A program made the translations under genes and the position numbers. The notes below the pieces were generated by a model. That model made no database searches. It was not told the DNA's origin and worked only from the letters and a program-made list of their open reading frames with translations. 64,000 bases of DNA, taken from positions 17,742 through 81,741 of the forward strand of contig JBHLOJ010000002.1 of assembly GCA_048940605.1 (NCBI GenBank), read 5' to 3'. Below are positions 34,201 through 49,200 of this stretch, in pieces; position 1 is the first letter of the stretch; each line of letters opens with the position of its first letter. This stretch comes from Promethearchaeota archaeon. GTDB taxonomy: Archaea > Asgardarchaeota > Lokiarchaeia > Sigyniarchaeales > SOKP01.

Positions 34201-37200
34201 CTTTCTTTCGATGGAGATGGTATTGTTTCTAGCAGTGGTGGAGGTAGTTCTGTAAGTAATTGGCATGCTGAATCTGATAGTGAGCAATCGATTACCAGCT
34301 CAAGTTATGTGGAAAAGCACACTTTAGATTTTATAGCTCCCGCAGAAGGCGATTATTTAATTATTGTAAGCTGTGAAGTGACTCCTGCAGTAACCGAGTA
34401 TTCGATAGGAGTTAGAGCTCAATTGGATGATACTACTACTATGATGGAAGCTTTATATGAAGGTGTGAATTCAAATCGAGACTATGAATATAAGTGCGAG
34501 TCAACAATGTACGTGGCAGAAAGTTTAGGAAGCGGTTCTCATTCAATTGATATAGATGCGAAACAGGAAGGCGGTACGGGGTATATTCGTTATGCCCGTA
34601 TTGTCGTATTACGGCTTGATGATTGGCTTGATAGCTCTGGGATGTATGAATATGCCGCAAATGAAGGAGCGATTTCTCTTGCCGGTTCCGAAGGTTCCTA
34701 TAGTGATGCAGTTTCCATAACCTTTACTCCCGATACAGCAGGAGATTATTTAGTATTAGCGAGCATGGAAATGTATTGTGGATATGCGGGCGATACCATT
34801 TGTGGACGAATTGATTATGATAGCGGTGCTGAATATCTCCCTGTAGATAATACTGAAGAAAGTTATGAAAATTATGTGACTTATGAATCCAAAGATACTA
34901 CCGATTGGCATTCATTTATGTGGGGTGGTATTGTCAATATGCCTACCAGTTCCAAGACCTTTAAAGTACAAGCCTGTAGAACGGGAGGTTCGAATGGGAA
35001 TGCTGATGTGAGAAAACGGAGGGTTATCGCTATTCGACTAGGGGCGATGGGTGATGACACCCAATCAACTGAAGATGCTTCAAATACGCCAACCACCAGT
35101 CAATGGGCAGATAAATCAACCATACAATTTACTCCTTCCTCTCAACAAGATTATTTTATCATCGGTGGAATGGTCATCAAGCCTGATTCAACCAGTTATC
35201 CTTCTCATGCCGAGGTAACCCATACCGTAGGTACAAGTACCGGTACAATCAGTGTAATGAATGTTGATTCGAAGGACTCTGGAAATCCTGCCGATTGTAT
35301 CCCAATGATGGGTATTGCTATTAAAGAACTGAACGCAGAATCCCAAACTTTTAAGACTCGATATGGGTATGCAGGGAGCAGCGGAACCACTTACGGAAAA
35401 GGAAGCTTTATCATAGCAGTTCCTTTAGGTAGTGGCGGAGAAAATGGTTCAACCTATGAAGATTTCGATTATGTGGATTGGAATGATGTACTGGATGATG
35501 ATCTCGATAATGTATTTGTAATTACAAGCTGGATTTATCCAACCTCATTTACGTCTAATGAAAGTGATAATGGAGTTAAAAATGTCTTTTTCTCGAAAGA
35601 AGGAATTATTGAATTGGGAGTAAATGAGACTGGATTTGTTGAAATTTTTCTGAGCACTAATTCTGTAGAAACTACTGCTTCATATGGGTTTCCAGGAGCT
35701 GTGGCCCTTCATACGTGGAACTATTTAGTTCTTCGCTTTAATGACAGTGGAAATGATGTTGATGTGCTTATTGGAGATACCTGGTGTAGAGAAGCCATAG
35801 GTGCAACCGCAGAACCGTGGGGTGGTGGCGGTGCTCTTAAAGAAGGTGGAAAACTTATTATTGGTGCTGAAATCTCCTCTTATCGTTCCTTTACAGGGAT
35901 TTTAGATGATATTTCAGTATTTAATAGCTCCATTTCAGACGCAGCAATAAAAAGTCATGCAGGTGGTCCGTTCCTTGCCATCGACGTTACCGTGTATAAA
36001 GAAGATAATCAAGTTGGTTGGACACCGATAACAGTTTCAGGGCAAACGATAAACGGGTATCTAAATTTTCAATGTAATAGTACCGGTAAACCTATCGATT
36101 TATTAGAATTTTACCTGACAGGCGAGCAACCAGATTTGCAGAATCCTACTCCTGAAGAGTGGAATCTTTTAACTTCATATAATTATCATGACGAATTGTA
36201 TTCTTTTGTCGAAGAAAGCAATAATCTTCCAGACAACTCTTCCTGGTATTTTATAGCGAAAGCAACGGATGATTTAGGGAATTTTGTGTATGATTATTAT
36301 AGTACCTATTTTAAGATTGATCATTTTGATGAGCTTATTAATTTCACCTATATTGATAAAGAAGGACGAATTAATCATAACTCTCAGATAGGTTTGAATA
36401 TTGATCATGACTACCAATGGCATTTTGATTCCTTAAGTTTATTTATTAACAGATCTGGAGATATTGATTTCTTATCTTCTTATAATTATACCGAACTGCT
36501 CTCTAATTATTGGTTAATCAATTTAGATTCGATATCAGGCTGGATAGATGATAATAATTTAACTGCTGGCAATTATGATATTAATTTTATTGTTGAAGTA
36601 AATCTTACCTATGGCTCTGAGTTTTCTTCCTATTATGTGAATTATACTTTGAATAACACGATTTTAGATATAAAAGGACCAGATATGGAATTGCTTACTG
36701 GTCCAACTTATACTTTCACTCCTGAAGCAACTTATGATAGTATAGAAAGTAATTTGCTGACCTTAGCAATTAACTCTACTGATAATGATTTTTGGTATGT
36801 AGATGTTGAATATAAATATACAACTCCTCTAACTGCTAATTGGATTAAATATGGTTCATTTATGGTTCAAAATTCTCGTGCAGATATAGTTCTTGATATT
36901 TCTGAGTTGGCAGATGATAATATCACTCTCCAGTTTACTGGTTTTGATCATTTGTCAAATAGCAAGGTATTATTAAACTCAACATATTGGTTTATTAAGG
37001 ATTTTAATAATCATGAAAAGTTTACCATAGAAGGTTTAAGCGATTCTTTATATGGTTTAAACTCAAATGATATGCTAGACTTGGAATTAAAAATAGTTCC
37101 AGAAGATAATGATATTAAAAAAGTCACTGTGAGCACTTGTTATGAAAGTTTTTCTCTTGAAAACATTTCATCAGAGCAAAATTACATTTACTTTACCGAT

Positions 37201-40200
37201 GATGGAGCTGTTGATATACAGTTTAATTCAACATATTACGATATATTCGGATCAGATTTTACAGAACTAGATATCTTAGTAGCATTATTTCAAGAGACAA
37301 CCGATAACATAGCGGTAACCTCTAAGATATATAGAATAATTGTAACATCAAAAGCCTTTTTGGATATCATACAAATCGCAGATGTGAATGTAAATATTTC
37401 AGGTGATACCAATAATATTTGGATGAACACCATAAGTACAGCAACTACATATAACAATAGTCACGGCGTCCCCTTTCTTTCAAATAATAATCCACCTGTT
37501 TTAAAAGTATATAATTCTCTAAATGAATTTATTACATCAATCTCTCTTTCTACCTATTTAGACGATCAAGATGAGGAAATTTATAACACATCTGATATAG
37601 AAATATCAAAAAATAAATTTAAAATAGAACTCCCTCAACCTCAATCTGGGGAAGTGTGTTCCATAGAAGAAGTTCTTGTAAATGGAACCTCATATTCATT
37701 TTCCTATTATATTGATATTGATGACAATGACCTATTTATTAAATTATTAACTTCAAAATCATTAGATGGTACATATGGTTCTTCTGCCCCTATTACAATA
37801 AAATATGGGATCTCAACAGGGGTGCGGAATTCAAATCATTTCGTTGGGAGTTATAATTTTACACTCTTACCTCAAGATAATTATACTTGTATTGCAGAAT
37901 TTTATGATATTTCATCGGCAATTTCTACTTTTTTTATTTCACAGCCTCTAACGATTGATTATCAAGGTCCACAAATCCATCCACAGTTTAGCACGAATGT
38001 TTCTATAAATCCCGAGTCTGGCTTTATCTCCTTTTTTATTTCAGATTTTTCAGGTATCTCTTCTTACTACTTTAATACCACTATTTCGGGTCATTGGGAT
38101 GTTATCGACAAGATCTATACATTCTACTTTAACGATACCTCAATAACAGAAGGTATAAAGAATGTTAAATTAATTTGTAATGATACATTAGGACAGATTT
38201 CAGAATATCCATTTGCAATATTTATTGACAAATCTCCCCCAGTTTTTAGTTATGTGCAGACGAATTATATTTATGGAAATGATTTACTTGAGATAAATGC
38301 AACCTTAACAGAAAGCTCAGAATATAGTATTACTATTGAATTTTTACATCTTTCATCTGATACCATTGCTCCTGATTTTGAATTGACAATAATTGAAATT
38401 GGGGAAGATCAATGGCATATTTTAATTGATACAAATTGGCTACAAAATGGGTATTATAATATTACTCTAATTGCCACTGATACTGCTGGTAACTTTAATA
38501 CATATGTCCTTGAGGACACTTATTTTGATAATTCATATCCCATAGTAGATTTAATAGAGGAGCATATTTATGTTGATAATGAGAGTATATTCAATTCCAC
38601 AATCATCGAGACCTTATATTTTAATGATCATGAATCTCTCACTATTTCTGCGTTTGATACGCTTTATGACGGTTTTGATTGGAGTCAAATAGATCAAACT
38701 ATTGCTGACCAACTTGGAATTGAAAATATAACAATGTATTATACTAAACCTTTAGCGTGGTGTAATATTAGTATTGCAGGATCACTGAATTATGAGCAAT
38801 TTTTGTACGAAATTACAGGATATGGAGATTCTAATGACGTCCAAGACATCAAAAACATTTATAGTATTACAATCGGAAACTACACAATAGATAAATTTAC
38901 AATTCTCCTTGATGGTACCTCATTACTATTATACATCGATTCCCAATATCGATATGCTCTTTCTTCGGCATTAACAGGGCAAATTTATGCTCAGTTCTAT
39001 GAACTAGTAGATGATGAGATTGCTTTACAATTCAATAACAATTCTAAAAATTGGGAATTGATATCTTCTGGCAATTATTTCAATATAACAGAATTTCTTT
39101 CACTTGAAGAGGGAGACCAATTTCTTTTTTGGTATGAAATTAAGGATGGTCTAGATAATATTCTCATATCCCATAAAATAACAGGTATATTTGATAACTC
39201 AATAGGACAAGATCCAATCGATCAAAACGTGTTCGAATGGTCATTAGGCACTAATTCCACAGGATCTGGGATTATGATTTTTGGTACTGAAGATTATCTT
39301 GATAGCACTATCCAACTAAATATATCTTCGGTGCTCCCAACTATTGCGGGAGATATCGATGTAGAGAGGATTATGATTTATGGATCTAACGATACTATTG
39401 TGTGGACTGATATTGGAAGAGCTTATTACTCTGGGGCAGAAAATATATGGAACTATTACTGGGATGGTGATTTATTAGAAACAATGCCTTCAGAAAATTA
39501 TACCCTAAAGGTGTATCTCTTTGATAGAGCTGGAAATTATTTAAATCAAACTCATACGGTAAAATTATACGATTATATTCAAATTCAATTAATAACTGAT
39601 TTAGTTTTTGGTCATATTTTTGAATATAATTCTTCAGCATTTTCCAATGAAAATGATATTGAAGGAATAATTGAAAATTATATCGGGTCTATAAATTTAT
39701 ATGATATTATCGCTCAATACTATAATCCTATTGAGAAGGAATGGATAAAATTACAGACTGATCCTGCAACTATTCTTTCTGATGGAAGTTATTCAATAAC
39801 TTGGGATATTAGCGATGATCCCTCACTTATTTCTTCAATGAATAATTTTTCTTATGACTATTTGCCTTTACAAGTAATATCCCCTCAAAATAATGATCTC
39901 TGGGGATCTTGGGGGATATTCTCAGACGCAGATGAATGGCAACCAATAATTATCTCGGAATCAGGGTCAAATTTGGATATTTCCGTATATACTTTTAATG
40001 AAGTTAGTGGGTGGGAACAAGATATTTCTTTAAGTAGTGAAGTAACGATATCATCAATTAATAATCAAGTCTTCAAGCTTTTTGATATTCATCGTGATGG
40101 AAAATGGGAGATTATTCGTATATCTTCATCTCAAATTGATGTGATCTATTTAAATCAAACTAGTTCTCAGTGGATTATTAAAGAAAATGTAACAGGTCTT

Positions 40201-43200
40201 TCGGGTTATACTTATTACTCATTTGATATCGAGTATGACGGTAGGGCATCTACAACCCTTATGTCCGTCCACCAAAAAGACTCTACATCTCAATCTAGTA
40301 TGTGGCTATATAGTTTTAATTTAGATTATACACTTACTAAAACTAAAGATTGTATTTGTCCCTTTAATTTTGAACCCACTTCTATTCGAATCGTAAATTA
40401 TTTTTCTGCTACCGATAGAAAAGCAATACTAGTAGCAGGAGAAATCTCAAGTTCACACTATTCTCAATTGATTGAATATGATTTTAATTTAGGCATAAAA
40501 AATATTATTGTTGATGTAATTTTAGGCAAGATTTCAGTAATAGAATATGATGAGATAAATGGAGCTGAGTCAATTGTCCTTGGTGTTGAACGCTTAATTA
40601 TTGGAAAAATGGATGCTGTAATCGCTTTAAGAAGAAAAACGGGAACTGAAGAATGGGTTGATTTTCAGGTCTCAGGCTTCGATGAACTCAAATTCCGAAT
40701 ACTGGATCTCCTGACAATCCATGAAAACAACATCAGAAAGTTAATCGTGGCTTCTGGACAGGGTTTGTATGAAACCAAAATTTCTTATTTTAAAGATCTC
40801 TCCACTATTTCAAGTCCCATATGTTTTACTACTGTCGTATACGCAAAACAGGATTTACAGCCAACTTATTATCCTCTTATCGTTCCTGAAAAGATACCAA
40901 TTTATATGGTTAACAAGATTACCTATAAACTTTCAGGAGATAATAATTGGTATGATCTAAACATTGATAAGTATCATAGTTCACGAACAGAAATACGTCT
41001 TGATTTAAATTCCATCTGGTCCAGCTTAGCTTATGTAAAAGTAGCCTATTCGTTTGAGTCGTTTGTTTCCGAAGAAAGGACTAGTATTGATCCTTCGTTT
41101 AAAAAACAAAGCGGTACATCAGACACTCAGACTATATCTGCTTCGGGACTGTTTTATTCAGATATTTCACTGCCTTTATTATGGTTAAATCCCGCAACTT
41201 CTTATAGTAGCCCTCTAGCAAACTGGAACTCGCTTCCTAATAGCTTAACTTATCAATATACCCCTGTTATATCGGGATTAGGATCTACTGCTATTTATCC
41301 CGATGTTAAATCTGAGTGGAGCTCTGAATATGTGATACCCGAATTAGAGAACTCCTTAATCTGTTATGGCGATACTTATGATTCTGGGATTCTAGCTCAA
41401 AACCTTAATGCAAAAGATGATTACCTTGGCGAAACCATGTTTGATGGAAGCTTTGAGGGAAACTACGTAGATGGTGTATGGATAAGCAACCCATTTATCT
41501 CAGAAGACTTCAATTTCTCTCAAATGTATTATTCTGAGATACATGAAGAATCAAGTCAGAATGGATTATACAAGTATTATCCTGGAGATGGACAGATGGT
41601 TCTAGTACAAAACGAATTGACTGATATCACACCTTATAACTCATCAGTATCTCTTATCTACGATTCGGGCGTACTCCCATCTACAATAACTCCTGAAAAT
41701 TTAAACGATACGCTCAATAACATAGGGTTTGATGATGGTAATTACCAGTACACTCAGGTAAACGATTCTAATTATTTAGTCTTGAGTAGCGCTAGTGGTT
41801 CTGGAGGGCATAGTTATAACGGGGAATTTTTGTTAGAAGATGGTTATAATGGAGACGATTTTTACTTTAGCTTCTATTCTACAAGTACTGAAATTTGCTA
41901 TTTAGATATTAATGATGATACATATGCTCTAGCTACAGAAATTAGTATTGATCGTCAATTAATTACAAATGTTAATTCTATCGGATTTGGGTTCGGTAAT
42001 ATATATGGTTGTAGTGCTAATGTATATTACTTTAAATTAGAGAGGATTTCTTCAAATACTCCTGCTGTTCAAGGTGCATCATTAAAAGAAATAGAGACCG
42101 TTCTCTCAAATTGGAGTCAGTATATAACTACAGAAAAAGAGGAGACTGGAGTTTTTGGTTTTGAGTTTACTTATAAATTACCTGTGATAAGTCGAGTCAG
42201 TTTAAAGGAAGTCCAAGTATCTTTCGACGCTTCTGTTTATTCGACTTCTTTCACAGAAGAATATCCCTTATCTCTTCAATTGTGGAATTTTGAGTATAAT
42301 AGGTGGGAATCACTTCCGATGGCACCTTTAGACGGTAGTAGTGAATACCGACCAGATGGTCTTGATATGGACTTTTGGGCATGGCATCCAGAGACACCTA
42401 ACTACAACGACGATAAATTCAGACCTAAATGGGGAACAACAAATTTAGACAACATTAACACTATCAGTTATGGGGATTGTTTCCCAAACACTGTCGATGG
42501 TGACGGCAATATTATTTTTGATAGTTCCGTTATCTCTGGAGCTAGTTTTTTGAAAGACGATGATTCAGGTCACCAAATTAACACGTTATATACTGATCAA
42601 GATTATAAGGTTCTATTTTATGATAGTGATTATAATGCAAACAAATTCCAATTAGGGAGTATTGTTCTCAATACTATTTCCCCAAATACAAAAATTGGAG
42701 TCCATTTCCCTGCTTATAATGACTCAACAAGCTTTCCCGCGTCTAGTGAATTTTATGCCAATTTTTTAAACGATTTACATGAACTTAGGATTCGTGTAAT
42801 AACAAAGCGTGAATCTGGTCAAACAGATGATGCTTATTTATGTATTGGTGATTTTAACACGTATGCGTTTACTAATACTAATTATTTAAACTATGATGAG
42901 TTTGAATCAAATGCCATTGGTACTGAGCATGTAAGTGAAAAAATAGATTTTACTCAGAATGGATTAGGACTTTATGGATATAGCGGATTTGAACTTAAAG
43001 ATCCTGAAAGGACCGAAAAATTTAGGGACAATTTTCAATCAACATTATGGACTTTATTCGGAACCTCTGAAGAAATCATACTTTTTGAGCAAGTTGTAAA
43101 TGACGCAACAATAGTACGTTCGCTTCATCCTTCTACAAATTATGATACTGAAGTTCTTTCAACCTATAAGTATTTATCTAGGACCAATCATGAGAGTGAC

Positions 43201-46200
43201 TCTGCCTTTATTTATTCTGGTACGCTTGTTCAAGGTACCGATGTATATGACACAAGGGAAGATGATGGGAACAATATGGGCATTATTTCAGAATCTTTTG
43301 GTACCTATGACAAAAGGACTAAAGTTAGGTATGACAATCTGGTTCCAGATAGAAAGACGTTTGATTTCTATTATGATATTAGTACTAGTGCTCTAGCACA
43401 CATCTCAATAAGCCTAGGAGATTATGATTCTCCAGTCCTTGAAATTGCATCAACCACTGGGTTACAAAGTTCTTTAATTGGTAGCTCCCGTATTGAAGAC
43501 AAGGAACCCAATCTTACATACATTTGGATTGAAACCAGCTCTATTTTTTATCATCAAGTAGATGTTGACTGGTTGGAATCATATGAAGTACCTGAAGAGA
43601 TTGAAACGTTTATCATAACAGAAGATTTTTCTAAATATCTTACCTTGGGGAGTAATGACGTCTGGGAGTTAGAAGCATCTCGTATTTATGGAGCTTCCCC
43701 AACTCTCTTTTTATATTCTACTGAATCTTTTGATATCGACACCATTACGTGGGAAGATCGTCCGTATACCCGTGCTTTGCTTTCATCAACATTCGCTTCA
43801 GGTTCTACATTCACTTTAGATTTAGGAGAAATAGAGACAACTGAACATTATTTTAAAATTGATACAATCCATTACGGTATTGATTATTCAAATCCAAAAG
43901 TTAAATACCAGTTAGCAAAAAAGCATCAAGAACCAGGATTACTCTATATGCAAACTAATGAATCAGAAAGTTTAAGTCTTAAAAGTCAGACATACTCAAA
44001 AAACATTACCGTTACTCCCAATGATCAAATAATAATAGAATTTAAGCCCAAAACATCCAATGAAATTAACTTTACCTTATATAGTAATGGTGAGGTCGTT
44101 CAAATATTCACATTGGTACCTCAAGGAAATAACGATTTTAGTTCTCAGTTTATAACACTTGAAACCGATGAAACTATTCAGTTTGACCAGTTAATGTTTT
44201 CTGGAATGCTAAATGATACAGATTACTTTCTGGTTAATTCAATTTCAGTTCTTGAAGGAGCAAGTATAATTGATACCCAATTATCCTCTTATGATTTTCT
44301 AGAAGAACCTCACAAACCTTATATCGAGACGGGCACACCCTTAACATCTTCTTGGTTTGGACATTTTAAAGATGGTCAATATTACAATATATCCTCTAAT
44401 CTAAAATCTACCTCACAGGAAGTATGTGTTGAATTTGAATTCAATGTACCAAAGTCTGAAACTCTGGATATGGAAAAAATGGGGATAGAATTAACAGGAT
44501 TTGCTAGTTCTGCTTCTTTAGAAGGTGCTACTTTTAAAATAAAAAATCTTGACAGTAGTCTTTATGAAAATATTGATTTTATTTTAACAGATTTAGATTC
44601 TTTTTCATTTTCAATCCCCGAAGATCAATTCTACAAATTAGACAATGGTAATTATTATACAATTTCCTTTAGGATCGAGTTAGAAACAAGTTCGGAATTT
44701 ATCGTTCATATTGACAACCTAAACATTTTTACTTACATGCCTTGGAGTGTTGAACATGACTTGTATCGAGCATCATTTGTTATAGAACCAGTAGGTACTG
44801 GTCAAAATCAGACAGATTATCTTTCTGTATTTGTAAATGATAATATTAACATTACTATTTATGACCATTTACTCGATTTTGGCGATAATGTTATATCATT
44901 TTATTATAATCCTAATGAACAAAAGTGGCATGGATACTTCTATAATAATACCTATAACGATTTTACCGACTTATTAAATATAACTGATAGTGAGTTTGAC
45001 ATACCAAAATTAAAGATAGAGGCACATTATGGTGATACGGATAAGGGAATTAGAGTAAAATCTCTCGAGTCTCAGTACTATACACAAATACGAGATGAAC
45101 AAGATTTTGCTAAATATAAATCTCTGATTGCAAGCTATAAAGCTATTGACAATCACGCTGATCTGCTAGAACTCGATGCGGAAGATGAATTCTTGACTTC
45201 CGAGAATGTATTTACTCAAATCTCTGCTGATGTTGACATTATTTATAGTTTTCATGATGAGATGGCTCATGAAAATATCTTTGAGTATGAATTACTCCCT
45301 ATATTTACTGCAAGCTCTTATGATAGTTTAGAAACATATATATACAATGAAACAGGCTTTATTATAGATTCTGCTACCGTTTTATCTGATTCTTATGCCA
45401 CTGATATCTCAGAAGGAGCGATAGCAACAGGTTCATTAATAGATCTTCAGGTTGATGATAGTTCTGATTGTATCTTTAAAACCGACTGGACCCAGAAAAG
45501 AGATCCCGACAGCGGAGATCTTAGCGTAGCTGCAGGATATTACGGTTATGGTGTTATAGATTCAGAAAATGATGATACTAATTGGGATATTCAAGAAGAT
45601 GATGACGAAGAACGACATTATCAAGTAAAGACAAGCGATTTGCGAGATGAATGGCTTATTGCAAGTGACGAATATCTTTTTTCCTTAGGTAGTTTTAGTC
45701 CAACAAATTTACCTGCTGACGTGGATGTTGAAATAAAGGTAAGATGGGATTTCTGGGATACATATGGGAATGATGAACAAGAAGAATACTCTCATATGAG
45801 AATTTATATAATGAACTGGGATACCTCTCAATATGAACAATTTGGTTCAGACATCCCAAATTCAGCTAATTACATTGAAAGGACTATAGATCTAAATTCT
45901 AGCGATTACTGGCAAGAGGTAGTATTTCCAAATTACTATTATAATGTAAAAGTCAAAATAGAGACTAAAGCAGTTGCTTCACCTAGTGCTCCAATGGCTC
46001 AAGTCTATATAGATTACTTATATGTTGATTTAAAAGGAGTAGGCCGAGATCCTGATACTTCATATGTCAATTTTAATGAATTTGACAATACTAACCTGCT
46101 AAATGGTCAAAATGATTTTTATCTTTATTTTAATGGTAAGACCAACTCATTTACCTCTAATTTGCGGATTGATGGTACTGTAGAACACACCTTTGATTCA

Positions 46201-49200
46201 ACTGATTATAGTTCTTTTAATGGTTATTTTGCAGATATTGATTCAATTAAGGTATTTATTGTTGGTGATACAGAGGGGATGGATGGTGAAACTTATGATA
46301 GAAGATTACTAATAGATTATCTGGCATTAAAATGGTTAAATCAGCCCGTAAATATTTCATTGAAAAATGATAAAAAAATAAATGTCACTTCATCATTATC
46401 CCATAAGCAACAAAATCAGACACCTATTGATTCTGGACTGTACGATGATCCATATTTTGGGATGAATAGTATTCATCTCACGCTTAAAAATACCATCCAG
46501 ACGCCAATCTTTGGTCGGGGGAATAATACTATCTGGGCAGATCTCGAGCTTTCAGATCTTGATCTTGACTTTAAAGTGTACCCAGATACTAATAAACCAT
46601 TAGAAAATAATAATATTGAAGGAAATGATGAAAGTAAATATGTTCCTGCTATATTAGGGAATTATTCGGAATATTCGACAAGCAGATTCCGCCGTAGCGC
46701 TGTAGATAATATACAGATCCCGCTCCTTACCCCTTTACAATTGGATTTCGGGCAAATTGACCTTGCTACGTATGAGAATAATATTCTGGAACTTGCCTTA
46801 GATCTTGATATTATTTTAGAGAACAGAGCTTCGAATTCAACGTGGAGTCTCCGATCTCGGTTATTGTATTATAACTACACTTCAGGATATTGGGAAGATT
46901 TTAAGGGAATGATATGGATGGAAAGTCAAGGTTATAATCGTGCTGTGTGGGACCCCGAAACGTTTTCAGATAATTTTATCGATTATTTACAAGATTTTAA
47001 TGCTTCAAATAATGTTATCCCAATACTAAATGATAATGATATCCATGTTAAGAATCCACTTACCATCAATAATCTTAACAACAATATTATAAAAGATGGT
47101 GTAATGAAATTAGCATTTATATCGTATATTATTCCGAGTAACATTTCAATTGATCCTGATTCCAATAATTTTGTATATGAAAGAATGAATCCTGAAGTTC
47201 CAATTGAAATTTCTCAAGAAGTTGGCGTTGTTGATTGTGTATTTATAGGCAATAGTCGGCAAATAATGTATCCCGAAGCTTCCTTAACAGCGAATCTTGA
47301 GCTCGATGAAAATTTTAGAGCCAACTTAAGCTTAATAGATAATATAGGAGAGATTGTAGCTGTAAAAGGAATTTTTACCGAGGATTCAGTAAATTATGAA
47401 TATCCAATCTATTATTATTGGATAACTCAGGAGAATGAACTTGCGTTTAATTCTCCTATGAAGTATCAATTTACGAATGTTTCCATTGAATATATACCCC
47501 AATTAAATCTAACCTATAATGCAAGTGATGGTTACTGGTATTTACCAGACAGTTTTGTTTCAGACGAAGTTAACTACACCAATCCTTTCTTTGTTAGTGA
47601 TTTATGGGTAAATAATACATATTATGGCACCTATATTCACCCAAGTATAAACGTATGGTATACTATTGATTCTAATGATTATGGTACATTTGTTGACTTC
47701 ACAAATACCACGCATCCCGATTCACTTGTAAAAGGAACCATACATTTTGGGAAAGTTGATGATACTACTATATATAGATTTTCTATAAAAGACGAGACTT
47801 TACTTAGATATGATATTTTAGCCAATTCCTCTGATTTTGTGGGTGGCACACTTCATTTAGAATTTAATTCAGGATTTAAAGATGTTATATATTCTGAATT
47901 ATCTCAAGTAACATGTGAAGATTATGCCCTCAAAATAAGCTTATATGAGTTAGGTATAGATACCAATGAACTTAGCTCTATTGGCACATTAGAAAAAGCC
48001 TTAGATACAAATTATTTAGGATTTCATTATTATGAACTTGATATTAGTTTTGATGAATATGATTATGACTTAGATAGAGAAGCAGATTTAGCAGAGATAC
48101 TCACTCAAGATTCTTCTTCTGACCTATATATCACATTAGAGGCCGTGATTAGCGAATGCTATATAGATGGTAATCTCTTCAAGGGAATGTTTGCCCATGA
48201 ATTGTTATATGCAAGTGTTGAAATAGATTCTCAACATTCTCTATACCATTATAATGAAGAATCGATTGAAGATCCTTATTTCACAATTCCTCAAAATAAC
48301 ATAATTTTAACTCAAGTAGATACATCAAATTATATATTCGAGTCAAAAGATCTAAAATACAATTATAATTTTGAAATTGATAATCTCTATGCTGGATCTG
48401 AGATCTTGCGTGAGCATATTGATTATATATTTGATTTGGATCAGAAATCTATAACCTTAATTGGTCAATATAAAGACTATAATGGGTATCTTTTTGCAGA
48501 TATTATATACAATGCATTTGAATGGCATGAGGGTATGATATCATCGTTAAATCCTGTTACTTTAACGTTTCAGTATGATTATGTGAAAAATATAACTAAA
48601 TTTATGGAACTAATTATCCAGTATTCCGAAATACCAGGATTTCAATATGATACTATTGACCTTAATTCTGGAAGGCTAAGGCTTAGTGATGAAACTAAAA
48701 GCTCATCATTATTAAAAACTTATCTTTACAATTATAGAGAAGATAGATGGGATGAGACTAACTTTGTATGCTATAACGATTATACAGGCACGAATACGTT
48801 TTCTTATATTGTTGATAGAAATTTCCTTATGTTTGAGAATTATTTTAATGAAACGGGAACTGGGGATTTTGAGGTAAAGATTATCTTTACAATAGAATGT
48901 GTTAGCGAAGAGTGCTTTTTATCTAAGGGAGAATTTTCAATTACATCAATTGGAGCAAATATGTACTATAGTACCCCTAAAACAGAAACAAAGGTAACTC
49001 CTGAAGTTATATTCGATGTTGATCTTACTGAATATTATACCTCTTCCGATATTTATTTAGAAGAAATTACACTTAATTTAGATTATTGCGGTGAGCTTGA
49101 ATTTGATGAAACGTTTATTTTCTCTCAATATGCCCTTCTTGAAGAAAGCTATAATGTGTATATCAGGAATCAATATTTTGATTTTGAAAAATTTTCTTTA

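Noticed and set aside
34439-35390. Three minus-strand ORFs of 61-73 aa (34439..34660, 34881..35096, 35205..35390) inside the giant ORF
   Set aside because: They are antisense shadows of the locally GC-richer triple-repeat block. Their sequences are low in complexity (Pro/Ser/Leu-rich) and lack recognisable start context. The sense frame is continuous through them.
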